DNA of 64,000 nucleotides from Dimorphilus gyrociliatus (Eukaryota > Animalia > Annelida). Positions within the stretch are counted from its first letter, which is position 1; each line of letters begins with the position of its first letter. Shown piece after piece: positions 24,867 through 37,600 of this stretch. The notes below the pieces were generated by a model. The model made no database searches. It worked only from the letters and a program-made list of their open reading frames with translations, and was not told where the DNA came from. Position numbers and translations under genes: made by a program. Location of the stretch: NCBI GenBank assembly GCA_904063045.1, contig CAJFCJ010000013.1, positions 229,470-293,469 on the forward strand. Direction: 5' to 3'.

Positions 24867-25445
24867 CTTGTCATTTTGATCCTATTTTTGTCATCTTAAT
24901 CCTAAGTAGTAGGTTTTCTCTATTTCTACTAATGTACATTCTAATGTTCAGCTTGCATTTTTGTCTTCAACGAACAAATCAAAACCTATCTAAATACTAT
25001 CTATATTCTTTTCTTCTCTCTTTTTTCTACGTACATGTTACGTATCGTCTTATATTACTAAATGACAAATATCACAATTGTGCGAAAGCGCCCTTATCTT
25101 TTGATATCCATATTAAAATGAAATCAAATTAAAGTAATTAATAAACTTTATATAGTTTGTAATTTTATTTCACCTTATAATGCGGGGTTTGTAAAATATA
25201 TACTGTATATGAGAATGTAGTTCAAAAACAAACTTTACAAACCTTAATAAAGGTAATTAATAACCTTTTAAGAAAATTATTACACGTGCAAACAATCTGT
25301 CTATTCACTTCTTGCAAACTTAATATCACAAATAAATTTTCTTCAATAAATATTTCGTTTAAATAGCATTATTTGTAACAGTAAATTAAAAATATACGGT
25401 GGGGAATATAAGATGAAAAGTGAGAGAGCGGATAGGCAACTTTCA

Positions 25446-25753
25446 TCATTTTTTCGTCTTTGGTGAGAGAAAAAATTCTCTCAGCAGGTTTACTGGAAAT
25501 AAATTTCGTCTTTTGCACCATCGCGTTATTTCGTGGGTGGAAAGCATCCCGCCGAAGAAGACTATTAGGAAAAGACCGTTTTCTGCGAAGAGAATCAGCA
25601 GCACTTCTGAGAAAATTATAAACGATAGAACCTGTTTGAAAATAATTAATTAAAATTATACATTAACTCTTTGCACATTATCTCATATCATGTTCAACAA
25701 AACTAACTTACTTTGACCATCAATATTATCATACTTAATCTTCTTGCTCTCAT
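25446..25753 (-). CDS. Candidate small hydrophobic protein (~75 aa)
   Basis: Exon 25753-25712 (GTAAGT donor) plus 25631-25446: MRARRLSMIILMVKVLSFIIFSEVLLILFAENGLFLIVFFGGMLSTHEITRWCKRRNLFPVNLLREFFLSPKTKK. TCACGTGG lies 30 bp upstream. A different reading frame through the same exons is also open. Confidence 0.4.
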
Positions 25754-26171
25754 TTTGTTCAGTAGACTATTTCAACTTCCAGTCACGTGGTTTAAAACTG
25801 AGCTCTTATTATACGGAACAGAGAATTTTCATTGGATACTAATGCACTTTGAGTAGATTACACTGGTAAAATATTCTATATTTCAATATACTGATTCTAG
25901 CCTAGACATGAGTCTTGTTAGTAGCTTCGTCATATCATCTTATGTAATAATAATACATAGAAAGCAGTCGTAATTTATGATAAAATATTACTGAAGTTAT
26001 TAGAATAAGAAGAATTAGTCTTTCGTTCATTCATTTCATTATAGTTATCTTTCTTTAGTCCTTTCATTCTTTCTCTCTTTGTCCTATTCCTCCTCTCTGG
26101 CTGTAAGAACACGCCATAGATAAGCTGAGAAACTTTCGTTTGATCTTGAAGCTTCCCACCGAATGTAATAA

Positions 26172-26329
26172 TTAAAGATAATATTGATTATCAAAATGAT
26201 CACTGATATTGCAATAAACATAACTTGATTTACTGGAAACTCTTGTATAACGATCATTCTACAGGATATTGTAACAAGGAAGAGCTGTATTTGAAGATGA
26301 TAATACGTTAATGAGTAGAAAGGAGAGAG

Positions 26330-26361
<32 letters not shown>

Positions 26362-26815
26362 AGAGAGAGAGAGAGAGAGAGAAGTAAAGATAGATAAGGA
26401 GAAAAGAAGGGAGGCGGAGAAAGAAAAGAAGAAATAAAAGAAGGGAAAGAGATATATATACAGCTAAATAGATACATTTTCCTTTATTAAGTAAACAAAC
26501 TTTATTTATTTACCAACCTCAAAGAGTACTTGAGAATTTATCATCCTGATTTCAGTCATTGGAATTTTAGCTAAAAGGGCGACTGCATAGATCTGCAATT
26601 GAATATTTTGCATTTTTCAATTAATTAAACTTTAAATTATTAACTTATTTTCTCACTTCAACTAGGAAATGAATATTCCCTTTTGGATTCAATCTGAAAG
26701 CGTAGTAAATGAGCATCGTTAAACAAACGTTCTGTAACAAATGTAACGTTTACGATTAGACAAACGCCTTAAATATTTGATCCTGCTTTATTACTTGTAG
26801 AAAAATCTTTAACAT
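26172..26815 (-). CDS. Candidate small multi-exon orphan protein (~85 aa, possibly longer)
   Basis: Exons 26815-26795, 26731-26657, 26592-26518 and 26258-26172 are all phase 0, with the first two introns 63 and 64 nt: MLKIFLQNVCLTMLIYYAFRLNPKGNIHFLVEIYAVALLAKIPMTEIRMINSQVLFENDRYTRVSSKSSYVYCNISDHFDNQYYL. An ETS/E-box/CCAAT promoter sits just upstream. Confidence 0.38.
26323..26382. repeat. Compound (GT)n/(GTAT)n/(GA)n microsatellite
   Basis: Direct reading. Confidence 0.9.
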
Positions 26816-26880
26816 TATTAATTACTTATGAGATTTACAATCAAAATTCAAAAACTTTTCACCGTTATCTTCAATGACAA

Positions 26881-26945
26881 ACCGGAAATTTGACTTGAAT
26901 ATAATTAAAATCACGTGACCACTGTTACAAAACGATGATTGGCTT
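26881..26945 (-). promoter_or_regulatory. CCAAT - E-box (GTCACGTGA) - ETS (CCGGAA) promoter module
   Basis: CCGGAAAT at 26882, TCACGTGAC at 26911, ATTGG at 26938. Confidence 0.6.
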
Positions 26946-27199
26946 TAAGATAAGAACATTGAAAGCGTATCGTCATTATGGAATCTGTTTGCAAATGGCG
27001 TTCTAGAATTTTAAAATAATAGCATTTGTATAATACTTAAAATCAACGTTCTAAGACGATAAACAAGCTTTAAAAGTCATAATATGTATTCCTTAATAGA
27101 TAAGAAATGTAAAAAAGACTTAAGGCTAACTGTTAATCAAATACTTCATGAACAAAATCAGAAATTAAAAGAGACATTAATCTTCTTTTTCGTGTTTCT

Positions 27200-27591
27200 T
27201 TACATAAAATAGTTCAAGATTTCATTGAAAGGTACTATCAGCTGAAAGAAGTAAAGAGCTCGAAAAATGTACTTTTCCGGGAATCCTCTAGTTATCATAA
27301 TCAGCATAATTACCGAGATGCAAATCTAAAGGTAAAACAATAGATTACTATAATAAAAAGTATATAAATAGAGTATAAAAAAGAAAATCCGTTTTTTTTA
27401 CCGGCTGAATCAAACGTCTTTCAACTTCCAATATTCGCATCAAAAATCCTAAGAACATTAGGAAAAAAAGGAGCTAAAACAAAATTCATTTTATTAATTA
27501 AGCTTTAATGATTTAAAATCATTTAAAAATAATTAAATATTACCGGTATGGGGTTAACATTTTCATAAAATGCCCAATATGGAAATGTCAT
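27200..27591 (-). CDS. Candidate small membrane protein (81 aa, 2-3 hydrophobic segments)
   Basis: Three phase-0 exons 27591-27544, 27473-27402 and 27325-27200 with canonical introns: MTFPYWAFYENVNPIPLLFFLMFLGFLMRILEVERRLIQPICISVIMLIMITRGFPEKYIFRALYFFQLIVPFNEILNYFM. Promoter module about 35 bp upstream. Confidence 0.52.
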
Positions 27592-27624
27592 GATTGTTAC
27601 TTTTTTATTACGTTTATTTCAAGT

Positions 27625-27682
27625 GCCGGAAATGGGTCTTCAAAATAGAATCACGTGACATTTTGTAACATTTTCATTGGTT
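27625..27682 (-). promoter_or_regulatory. CCAAT - E-box (GTCACGTGA) - ETS (CCGGAA) promoter module
   Basis: CCGGAAAT at 27626, TCACGTGAC at 27651, ATTGG at 27676; same order and orientation as 26881-26945. Confidence 0.6.
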
Positions 27683-28186
27683 TTAATTTCGCGCCTGTAA
27701 TAAATATGGAAAGTTTGTTTTTTTTTCATAATATAGCTAATCTGAATAGCAAAAAAAACTAATTGGACCGAAAATAAACTTGTATTGTTACAATGATTAT
27801 TAAGTAATTATTATACGAACTGTATAAGAACGGCAGCGTAATATAAATTTTGGCCCCTTCATAAATACCGCAACGTTGAATTACGAATAGGATTATTGTT
27901 TAAATTGAAATTGAAATGTATTATAAATGACATATTTTAATTCATTTATTTCCAGTTACACCATAAACCTTTCTGATAAATTATTTCCATCCTTTAATCG
28001 AATACCTAAGGCCGGTATAGCAGTCAATCTACTTGAGATAATCATTAACAATTTGCTTTAGTATTGGATTAAAAACATAAACAGGAAAAAAATGTATTTT
28101 AGGCTATTAATTAAAAATAAAGATATTATATTATATATATATATATATAGTTACGATTGCGTTTAGAAAGTTTAAAAACAATAATT

Positions 28187-29117
28187 TCAACGAAATTTTA
28201 AAAATACATAGTATATCAGGACAAATACACCAACAAGTATAAGAATAATATAGCAAATTAGTTTTCTATTTGTTTTTGTTGCTTCCATCATGTTTGTCAA
28301 TCTTTTTCTACCACCACCAATGAGACCTATGGAACTTTCAAAGTCATCACCCTAGAAGAAATAACAATAGAATTTTACAAGATGGCAAGTATATAAAGAA
28401 CGGATGGCGTATGAATACAATCTATTAAGTTTACTGATCAAAACAAAAATTTTTCATAAATTTAAATTATTCCAAAGTGATGATGGTACTGCTCGATATT
28501 AAGTAATTACTTTACATTTAGCAGTAATTTATTCTCACATTTAATAAAAAGTGACTTAATGTAAATTTTAAAGCTGTTACCACGTTTGCTTAGCACAGAA
28601 TATATTTAAGAGAATATTCTTTTTTAAGAATATTTTATTTTTAGATTATGTCCTTCGTCTTTAATTAAAAACAGCTTTAAACGTTATTATTAGTATATTA
28701 CAAACGTTCTGACATAGTTAATGTAGTCTTACCATATCTGATATATGCTTGTCTTGGTCAGTAACCTCATTTCTAATATCTCCGACAATCTGATATCAAT
28801 TCGAAATTATTATTTAACAACAATAGTTATATTTATAAAATGTAAAATTTATTCAGGATTTCTGCTTACGTTTTTCAATAAACTTGCTTTAGACGCTAAT
28901 TCTTCAGTTCTTAATTGATTTTCTCTGTCTAAAACTTCATCATAATTCACTGAAACGGAATACTCTTCTTAAAGCATGCATTATCGCTCAGAAACATTAA
29001 TACTTCTAAACAAAAAATTAAAAGAAATTTTTCAAGAAATTTTTTCCATTCAAAGTATCAATCATCTACCAATTATAATTTAAATTGTCATTAATTTAAG
29101 TATTTCGCAAACTCACT
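28187..29117 (-). CDS. BET1L: BET1-like Golgi Qc-SNARE (GS15), 100 aa
   Basis: A at 29117 plus exons 28949-28870, 28789-28733 and 28351-28187: MNYDEVLDRENQLRTEELASKASLLKNIVGDIRNEVTDQDKHISDMGDDFESSIGLIGGGRKRLTNMMEATKTNRKLICYIILILVGVFVLIYYVFLKFR. Matches BET1L motifs LDREN, LASK and NRKL plus a C-terminal TM segment. Absent from the ORF track. Confidence 0.92.
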
Positions 29118-29580
29118 GTCAGTAAATATAAAATTCGTATTCTCCAGTTACACAATATTCAATATCACGCAAAACATACGGCATCAAAACTGGTATATAG
29201 TTCAAACTTCTGATGTAGTTATTACTTAGTGTTGCCTTCAAATTACAAGATTGATATTCAAATATTCATCCTCAATTATTAAATAGGGGTAAGAATTTCA
29301 GTTTTATTTTCTATAATTTAAACAATTTCTCAACTATAACAAACAGGTTCATTTTTACCGTCAAAGTAAAGTTCATCGAACTTTAATCAAGACGGTTCTA
29401 ATCAAATCTTTAAATCATTTGTCCCTTAAAGACAGTAAATAATCAACGATTTTCTCTGACTGAAGATAAAACATTTAAACGACAAGAATATATGAAAATA
29501 AATAAATATTAAAGCTATATCATAACAATTCGATCCATTAATTACTCAAAAATAATAAAATCATTTTGCAAATAAATAAA

Positions 29581-32500
29581 TTAACGAGTTTTCTTCAATC
29601 TACGCAACTGAGCGTAAGCACCAATAAGAAAGAATAACATAATCAATGATATTCCACAAAAATTTCTCCATAGATCCCAAGTAGTTTCATAACTTATTCC
29701 TTGTCCACGTAGCCACGGATTTCCCTTGGTGCTGTATAATTTTTATTTCCTCTTTCTATTAAAGATATCGAAGTTATATTTAAATAAAATACTCACCATA
29801 CCTCCTCTTCTTGATTGAGATCTAGAACAGGTACTTTTCCCAGATCCGTTGATTTTACTATACTACAATATTCTTGATCTTTTATCTCATTTATTGAATA
29901 CCACTGAAAGGAAACAGTATGATATTCACATTATTTGAAAAAAAAATAAAACAATGATCTACCTACATTCATACTATAACGAAATATGGATATATGTTGT
30001 ATCCATCTTAACCAAACGGGAATAGTTTCAATGTTTACTAACAAACCGCTATATACCATCATTGTAACCCAAACCATTGAAGTTAGAAGAGTACCAACTG
30101 TATGATTCTGTTAAAGTAAAAAAATTTCGATAAATATCAATGTTGCTATTGTTGCATAATTGCAAAAATTTTACTTACAGTAACCGATGCAGACCAAAAC
30201 ATAGCAACAGAACAGGCCGAGAGACTCGTAAATAAAGTATTCCAGACAAAAGCGAAGAATTTTACAGTTTCATTTTGAAAGCCTGATAAAAAAAGGAATC
30301 AAATACAAACTAAAGATCTAATAAAATATATTATATATATACTAATATATACTGTACAATGTACTGAATATTTGATATATATATATATATATATAGTATA
30401 TACTGTATATACTGCATATGTAACGTATAAATATTAGATTATAAATACATAACTTTAAAATTCTTGCTAAAGGCTAATAACTTTCCTAAAAGAAATTTAC
30501 AAGGTAAAAGTAGGACAGATAATGTTATACTGAGAATAGTTTGAGGGTTATTGAATTATCCTTGACCGCTCCTGAGTCTTTGATATAAAAAATCCTTTCT
30601 TTGATAGATTAAAGAGAAAGGAGAATCCTTATGATCTAGTTTTTCATTTAACCAGCAATAATTAGCATATCTATTCTTATCGTATAATGAAAAATGATAT
30701 TTGCAAATAAGCTTAACTTCTTGAGAGTAAAACATTCTTTTTAAAAAAAAACACTAAAACTTTTTTACCTATGAAGAAAACAACTGTATCTTTTGGCCAA
30801 AATTACAAAAAAAAAAAAGAAATTATCCTAACGAGAGTCTTTTTTTAAACTAATAAGAATAAAGTTCACTGACACAACGAGTTAAAATTTAATTTGAACT
30901 AAAAAGAAACCTGTTCAAAGGATTTAAAAAAAGGAAAAAACATAGAAAATTAGACTAGTAATTCAATAGATAGAATACCTTGGTATATAATTACTTTCAT
31001 TTTAATATTTCTATGCATAGAGTAACAATATAATTATAATAAACCTTATAAAATGTGAGAAGATAATAGAAAGAAGCGGTAGGTATTACTACTCCATCTA
31101 TCGTTTATAATTATACTAACCTATAGTCCAGTAAGATATAAAACTAAATACCAGAACCGATGCCAATTTAATGGGTAATACTTCGCAAAAAAATTTTGAT
31201 AAAAAGTATACCGAAATCCGGTAGTAACCACTTGTTGATTCATGTCTAAATAAAATAAACAAACGTTTATATATACAGTATATATATATATATTAGATTA
31301 AAAATAATTTTCTATATATAAACAATGGTTAAAGTAAATCTATTTATCATTATTTAATTGAATTAACTGAATTGTAACTCTGTATAATCGAAATTTTTTG
31401 TTCCGGTGAAAAATTGCTTTGAGAATTTTTGTAAACATTAATAACCTTTTGTCTCTTATAGTAAATAATGATAATTATAAAAAGAATTTACATGAATTGA
31501 ACTCTGTCCTTCAAGAATAAACCAACAACGGCCATATTACCAAAAACATAATTCATAACAATGAAAAAGAAAGCACCATATCTATTCTGAATGGCGGACG
31601 TACGTGAAGAATCAACTTGATAGTATATACATCCTACTATCAATGCAAATATCACAGCTGTAAATACGTGAGCCCTATTGTAATAGAGAAATTTCTTAGA
31701 AAATTATAAGAATTTTTGTTGTTATTTAAAGTGGTGAAAAAGTAAACTTACGAGAGAACATGTGGATTCAATAACACAACTTTTAAGGTTCGTTGGGAAA
31801 CAATAGCAAATTGCGTAAACACTGATACTGGGTAATCTTCAACTTTCGTTTTAGACTTGATACCTATACTTTTTACTTCGCTCTCCAGCTCTTCTAAGAT
31901 TCTGAAAGGAAAAATATCGATAGCTGAAATTATAAAATATATAACAAATGTTTTATGCAATCTTACTGGAAATGGGAAGTTTGAATTTTTGGATCGATAG
32001 AAATCAAAGGTAATGCATCTTCGTCAGCTTCACTTTTTAAATCATCTAATTATCAATTTAGCTCTTTAAGTAAATAAAACTTAATCATTTGGCTAACAAC
32101 ACAACTCACCATCTAGCATACCGATAGGATCACCGATAACGTCCATAAAAAAATCACATGGATTCTCAAAACTACCGCAATGATAACCTACATACAAATG
32201 AAAGTATATTAGACATAATCATTATTCGTAGGTCATTCTTTTTTGAATGATTTCTGAAAACAGATGTTTTCTTTTATCCTGACCTTTAGCTTAACCTAAT
32301 TTGGCTCATATAACAGATTTTTGGATATATTATACGTTGGGTGTAGCTCGTTAATGCACTCATTAAACAGATATATACATATATACATATATTCAATGTC
32401 TGAAAGAGAACGCTACTAAATAGTCACTTGAAGGAATACAAAAGAAGGAAAACAACTGGCATTTACAGAGAGATTTCTCACGAATTAGAAAAGTGGTAAA

Positions 32501-34667
32501 ATAAATCTATGCATAATCATTTTTCTCTTCGACCCTTCAAAGGAATTGTTACGACTTGAAATATGATTTTTCGATTAATCTTAATTATATATAACACTCT
32601 TAATCCTTTACACCTTTTTTTCACCTGTCATCTAGACTATTTCAAACGCTTTAAAATTCTTTCACTGAATTCCTCATACCAGAATGATTGATAATGTTGT
32701 TGAACAATGGATAAGCATAATCACCACTGTTAAGCTAATTCTTGACTTGTCTACCATAAAATAAGTCTAAAATATATGGTAAATAACAATATACGACAAC
32801 GAAGAACAATTGTCAAAGCAGTTTTAAGTATATGTATCAAAGCTAAGTTAGCGTAAAGAAAAAGGAAAAGAGCATATCCTCAAGATAATCTCCTACAGAT
32901 CGGCCGATAGAGGAAAATGGTTATTTGCCTTTTCATTAATTGTAAATGAGGGGTAAAAAAATGGAATATTAACATCTTTCCATCAAAATAAACATTTGGT
33001 TGACAGCTATTGACCGTAATAGACAGCAAAATAAGTACAGGGGAGTGGTAGATTCTTTTGACGGCAAATGAAAAGATCCTTTCTATAGTCCAATAAAGAA
33101 ACTAAGAATTTACGAAAATTGTAATTATTATACCTTTTTAAAATAATAATAAAAAAAAAAAGACCAGAGAGATGAGTAAAAAGGAAAAATTAACTATTAC
33201 GACTCTATTACTGCTATTTATATAATGCTAGACAAAGATTACTCCAAGACTTAGATGATATCGTAGTCTCATTTAGAAATAATCGGAAAAAAGTTGAAGA
33301 AATATTTAGATAATTTTTCTTTTAGAGTAGACACATTTAGCTTACCCAACTTTCCAAAATGGCTAACTGTTTCTTGTGGTGGACCATTATATATAGATTG
33401 GCCTTCTTGTAGCATATAAAGCCAATTGAACATTTCAAAAATAGCATATCTAGGTTGATGAATGGACAATATTATTGTTCTGCCATCCTCACTTAATCTA
33501 TAAATAAAGATTTATTCGAAGAGTTAAGATTTTTCTTAGGAGTATATTTTATAATCACCGTTTTAAGCAATTAACCACAGATCTGGCCATATGTGCGTCT
33601 AGACCAGTTGTTGGTTCATCAAGGAACAGAAAAGAAGGAGAATTAATTATCTCTAATGCTATTGATGTTCTTTTTCGTTCTCCGCCAGAAATTCCTCGAT
33701 TAATTACCGTTCCAACCTTGAAATATTGTATCGCTTTGTAACTTTAGCCATTATTTTGAAGGAAATTACTGTAATTACCTTTACGTTTTGACAATGCGAA
33801 AGACTAAGATCATCAACTATACGATCGATATAATTTTGCTTTTGCTGAGACGTAGTTCCTTTTGGTAGTCTAAGAGATGCAGAGAAGGCTATATTTTCCC
33901 GCACAGTTAGCATATCCATTAAAACATCGTCCTATGGAATATGAGTAAATCTTAATTTAGTAGGTTTAATCACGTCTGATAAACATTTAATTTAAGTAAA
34001 ATTTATTGACATTGAAAATAAAAACACGCTAATCATTTCGTCTAACATTTTATTTAGTCATTAAGATCGTTAATGGGCTACTAATTAACCAAAGGCCAAA
34101 CCTGAATCACATAACCACTCTTCAAGCGGAAGTCGGGTGGAAGTGGTCGTCCATTAACTAATATATGTCCATCAACGTTGCCCAGATCTTTTCGACCAGA
34201 CAATATATCCAATAAACTTTAAATAAAGGCGGAAATTTTTAAAATATAAGTTTGTTCACTTTTGAAAATAAAATTAAAATTACGTTGATTTCCCACTACC
34301 ACTCGGACCCATAATTGCAGTTAAGCCAGGCTTAAATTTGCCACTGTAAAAGTTAACAAACAGATTATATTGTTTAATTAAGGATTTGTCAGTTAAACCT
34401 TAAATTGTTGAGTATAAATTTTTGTTGAGATTTTCCGCAACATCGACGATCAGTCTTCACACTGGCTGTGCAGTTTAAACGATGAAAACTAATGGTACCA
34501 TTTGGTTTTTCAAATTCAACTGCATCATCAATCAGCTGTTCAATTTCCAGTGATAAATGACTGCAGTTATTTTGATTTTCCCTATTATCGCATTTAGACG
34601 TCAGATCATTATTTTCAATTTCATTTTCATCCGATTTTTGGTGGCTTTCATCTCTCGTCTCAGCCAT
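29581..34667 (-). CDS. ABCG2: ABC transporter subfamily G half-transporter (ABCG2-like)
   Basis: Walker [10 protein letters not shown], signature ISGGERKR, Walker [18 protein letters not shown], then TM exons ([28 protein letters not shown]) and last exon ...[11 protein letters not shown]...QLRRLKKTR* (stop 29581-29583). Orthology to ABCG2 itself versus a paralog is not established. Confidence 0.93.
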
Positions 34668-37600
34668 AATAGTAAAACACTGCAGCTACGATTGTAGATA
34701 TACGTGTTCAAGAAGGATAATTGGTCTAATTCTGATAAGATTACACAATCAAGGGGCGAGTTTTAACTCTGCGAAACTATCAGAAAGTGAACAAATGCGG
34801 TGTCCATATTTGGCGGGAATGGGGGGCAGACCGCTTTGTTTGCTCTTCTTTGTGTTGATAACCCTTTTTAAAAAGTCGATATTTTTTTGTCGAAGATTAT
34901 GTTCCTCATCAAAGTTGGCTTAATTAAAAATTGTATTAATAGTAATATAAAAAAAATACTATTCATAAGACATCATCAAAAGCCAAATAATAATATTGAC
35001 GTTGACAAAGAGTTCTCCACCTATAGAACAGGCTGCTTCATTAAAAATATCTCGTTTTTTTCGTATTCATTTAACATTACGCTTACGAAACAATGAAAAA
35101 GTGAAACTTCCTTTCTGACAATTTGAGAGTAGCGTTTTTTGTCAATTAAGAATAAAAACACGCATTTTATTTAGCAATTTTTATACATTTGTTGATTTCA
35201 TTTACGTATTTTTGCAGATTTCTTTTACTGATTGAACTTAAAACAATTTAAACAACTTCCGATTTAGTTTTGACCCTTTCACAAATGCAAAACGGGAAGG
35301 AAGGAAAGGGGAATGGCTTTTCTTTATAAAGAAACATTTATTGATAAATTCATCGAATTCTTGTTGAAGCAGAATGGAGATCACCGACGAGTGCACCCAT
35401 TTCCGACGAGGCGTACAGCGCATTCAATAGGATATATTACGAATATGTAATACCCCAATTGAAATCGATAATCTCTGTTGTTCGATCCACTCGAGATTGA
35501 TGCTAATCCGAACAGAACTAGAAATATGTTCTATTGAAATTTTAAAATTCATCTCCTTTATAATGTCTATTCATTGTTAAATCGAAAATACTCACTCTAT
35601 GAAATTTACGTGGATCGATAGCATTCTGACGAAGAAAGAGAGCAACGAACAAACCCAAATACATTATCTAAAAAAGAAAAGAGAACATGGTAAAACGATC
35701 CACAAGCTTTAAACCTCTCATATAAAACAAATAACTAACGGCCATCAGAAATTCCCGACGCGAAAATTGAAGTTCTTTCGAATTGTGTAACAGATAATGC
35801 ATTTTTCCTTCCTCAACTCAAAATAATGAGATATTTTACTTTAGATGAAGACTTGTGTGTATGTGTTTTTATTTTTTTGAGAAACAGCACGTAGTCACGT
35901 GATCTCTCCCAATGATAATAATTGGTTTGTATTTTTTTTATCCTTAGCGAAAATCTATGTCTAGTTTTCTTACCATTATCGTTTGACGGAGCATTTTTTA
36001 ATTAAAAACTAATAAGTACTACACTCTAAGCAGGATCAAATATAACGCGAAAGATATATTCAACAGGATACATTATTGTCACGTATTGCATTATCAAATA
36101 GGCAATTCTCTTGTCAAACTCCAAATAGATACCACCGTAACAGAGTACGAAGAACACGCACTATGGGAAATAGACGATAATTAGGTTATTGATAAGAATT
36201 TAATTAATTGATTATTTACCCTGTGGAAAATGCGAACGTTCACGCTAAATTTTCTAAGGAGATAGGCGCAAATCAACGAGAGAATGAAGATCTAGAAGAA
36301 TTCATGACAAAGATTTTGTTTTGCAGTTGTACAAGTAAACTTTCCAGTATGTATACCTTACCCTAATACTACTCATTTGGATGGAGGCACATAATATCGA
36401 ATTAGCCACCGACATTATATCAATATAAAGCCAAATACTATCATTCGAACGCAATCTCGAGTTTAGGATCTTATAAATCTCGTTATAGAATCACGCATGT
36501 GCAAGATGCGTCATTTAGTCAAAGCAATTGGCGCCAAAGCGTATTTGTTCATTGTTCCAGTAGACGTCGCTACCAAAAGATAGAAACATGACCGTTTACC
36601 AGAATGTAGCGAAAGTGATTCACATTGCAAACATTGATAGCAGAGATAGCCGACCAACGCACTCCTTAGGGAGGAGGAGAAATCACTTGATAACGATGGT
36701 GTCCAGTAACTGTAACTAAAGAGGGCATATATTACAACGTCTAATATCATAATTAATAGAGTAATATAGATATTAAAATTACTTTCGTTATCGTTTTGGC
36801 AAAATGTTTTGAATTAAATAAAAAACAAAATGGAAAAAAATGGATACATGTGAAATCTTTCCTAATAATTTTATAATCAATTTAGACACGCCAAGATAAA
36901 AACAATGGTTTAAAAAGGTGAAAATTTGCGAAGAATCGCAAGTATTTACTTTTTTTTTTATTAAAAAAATTGTTTTTTTAGGCGTATAATGGTTTCTATC
37001 AATAGAAGGTGGCGAAATGATAGTAGAAAATGGCGATAAAAAAGTAATTAGATGCTAAATGGAATAGAAATTTCTTTTAATCGCTTTAAATAATAAAAAT
37101 TACAATTATCGAATGATGTATTTAAATGGAAGGGATAGGAGATGAGAGATTAGCATCCCTCATTATTGGTAAAATATATATTCGTATTGTTCATTTCCAT
37201 ATTGATGTCGCGATCAAGATTAAAGTTCCGGGAAATTATTATGCCTTACCAAGGGAATTGGTTGACATCCCTTTAGGGACTCGTTGATAACAAACAATAC
37301 TACGTTTTGAATAGAATATTCGTCACTTCCTTTGATTAAGAATTAATGTGTCTTTTAAATCAGGGGAGAACACTTTTCGTTTAATTCCTTGTCGTTGTTT
37401 TTTTTTTTATACTAAATAATATCACATTCTCGTTAAAGAGTGAAAGATAACAATATACCAGTTGTCCTTGAGACAAATTCTGCATGGCTACATGTCAGTT
37501 TCAATTAAGTATATTTATATATATATATACATATATATATTTAAATATAGAATAAAAAACAATGTATACAGTATAGAGAATAATAAACGAAAGAGCTTTA

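Noticed and set aside
27212-27331. Plus-strand exon-like frame (QDFIERYYQLKEVK...)
   Set aside because: No coherent upstream or downstream partners; the minus-strand three-exon model and its promoter explain the region better.
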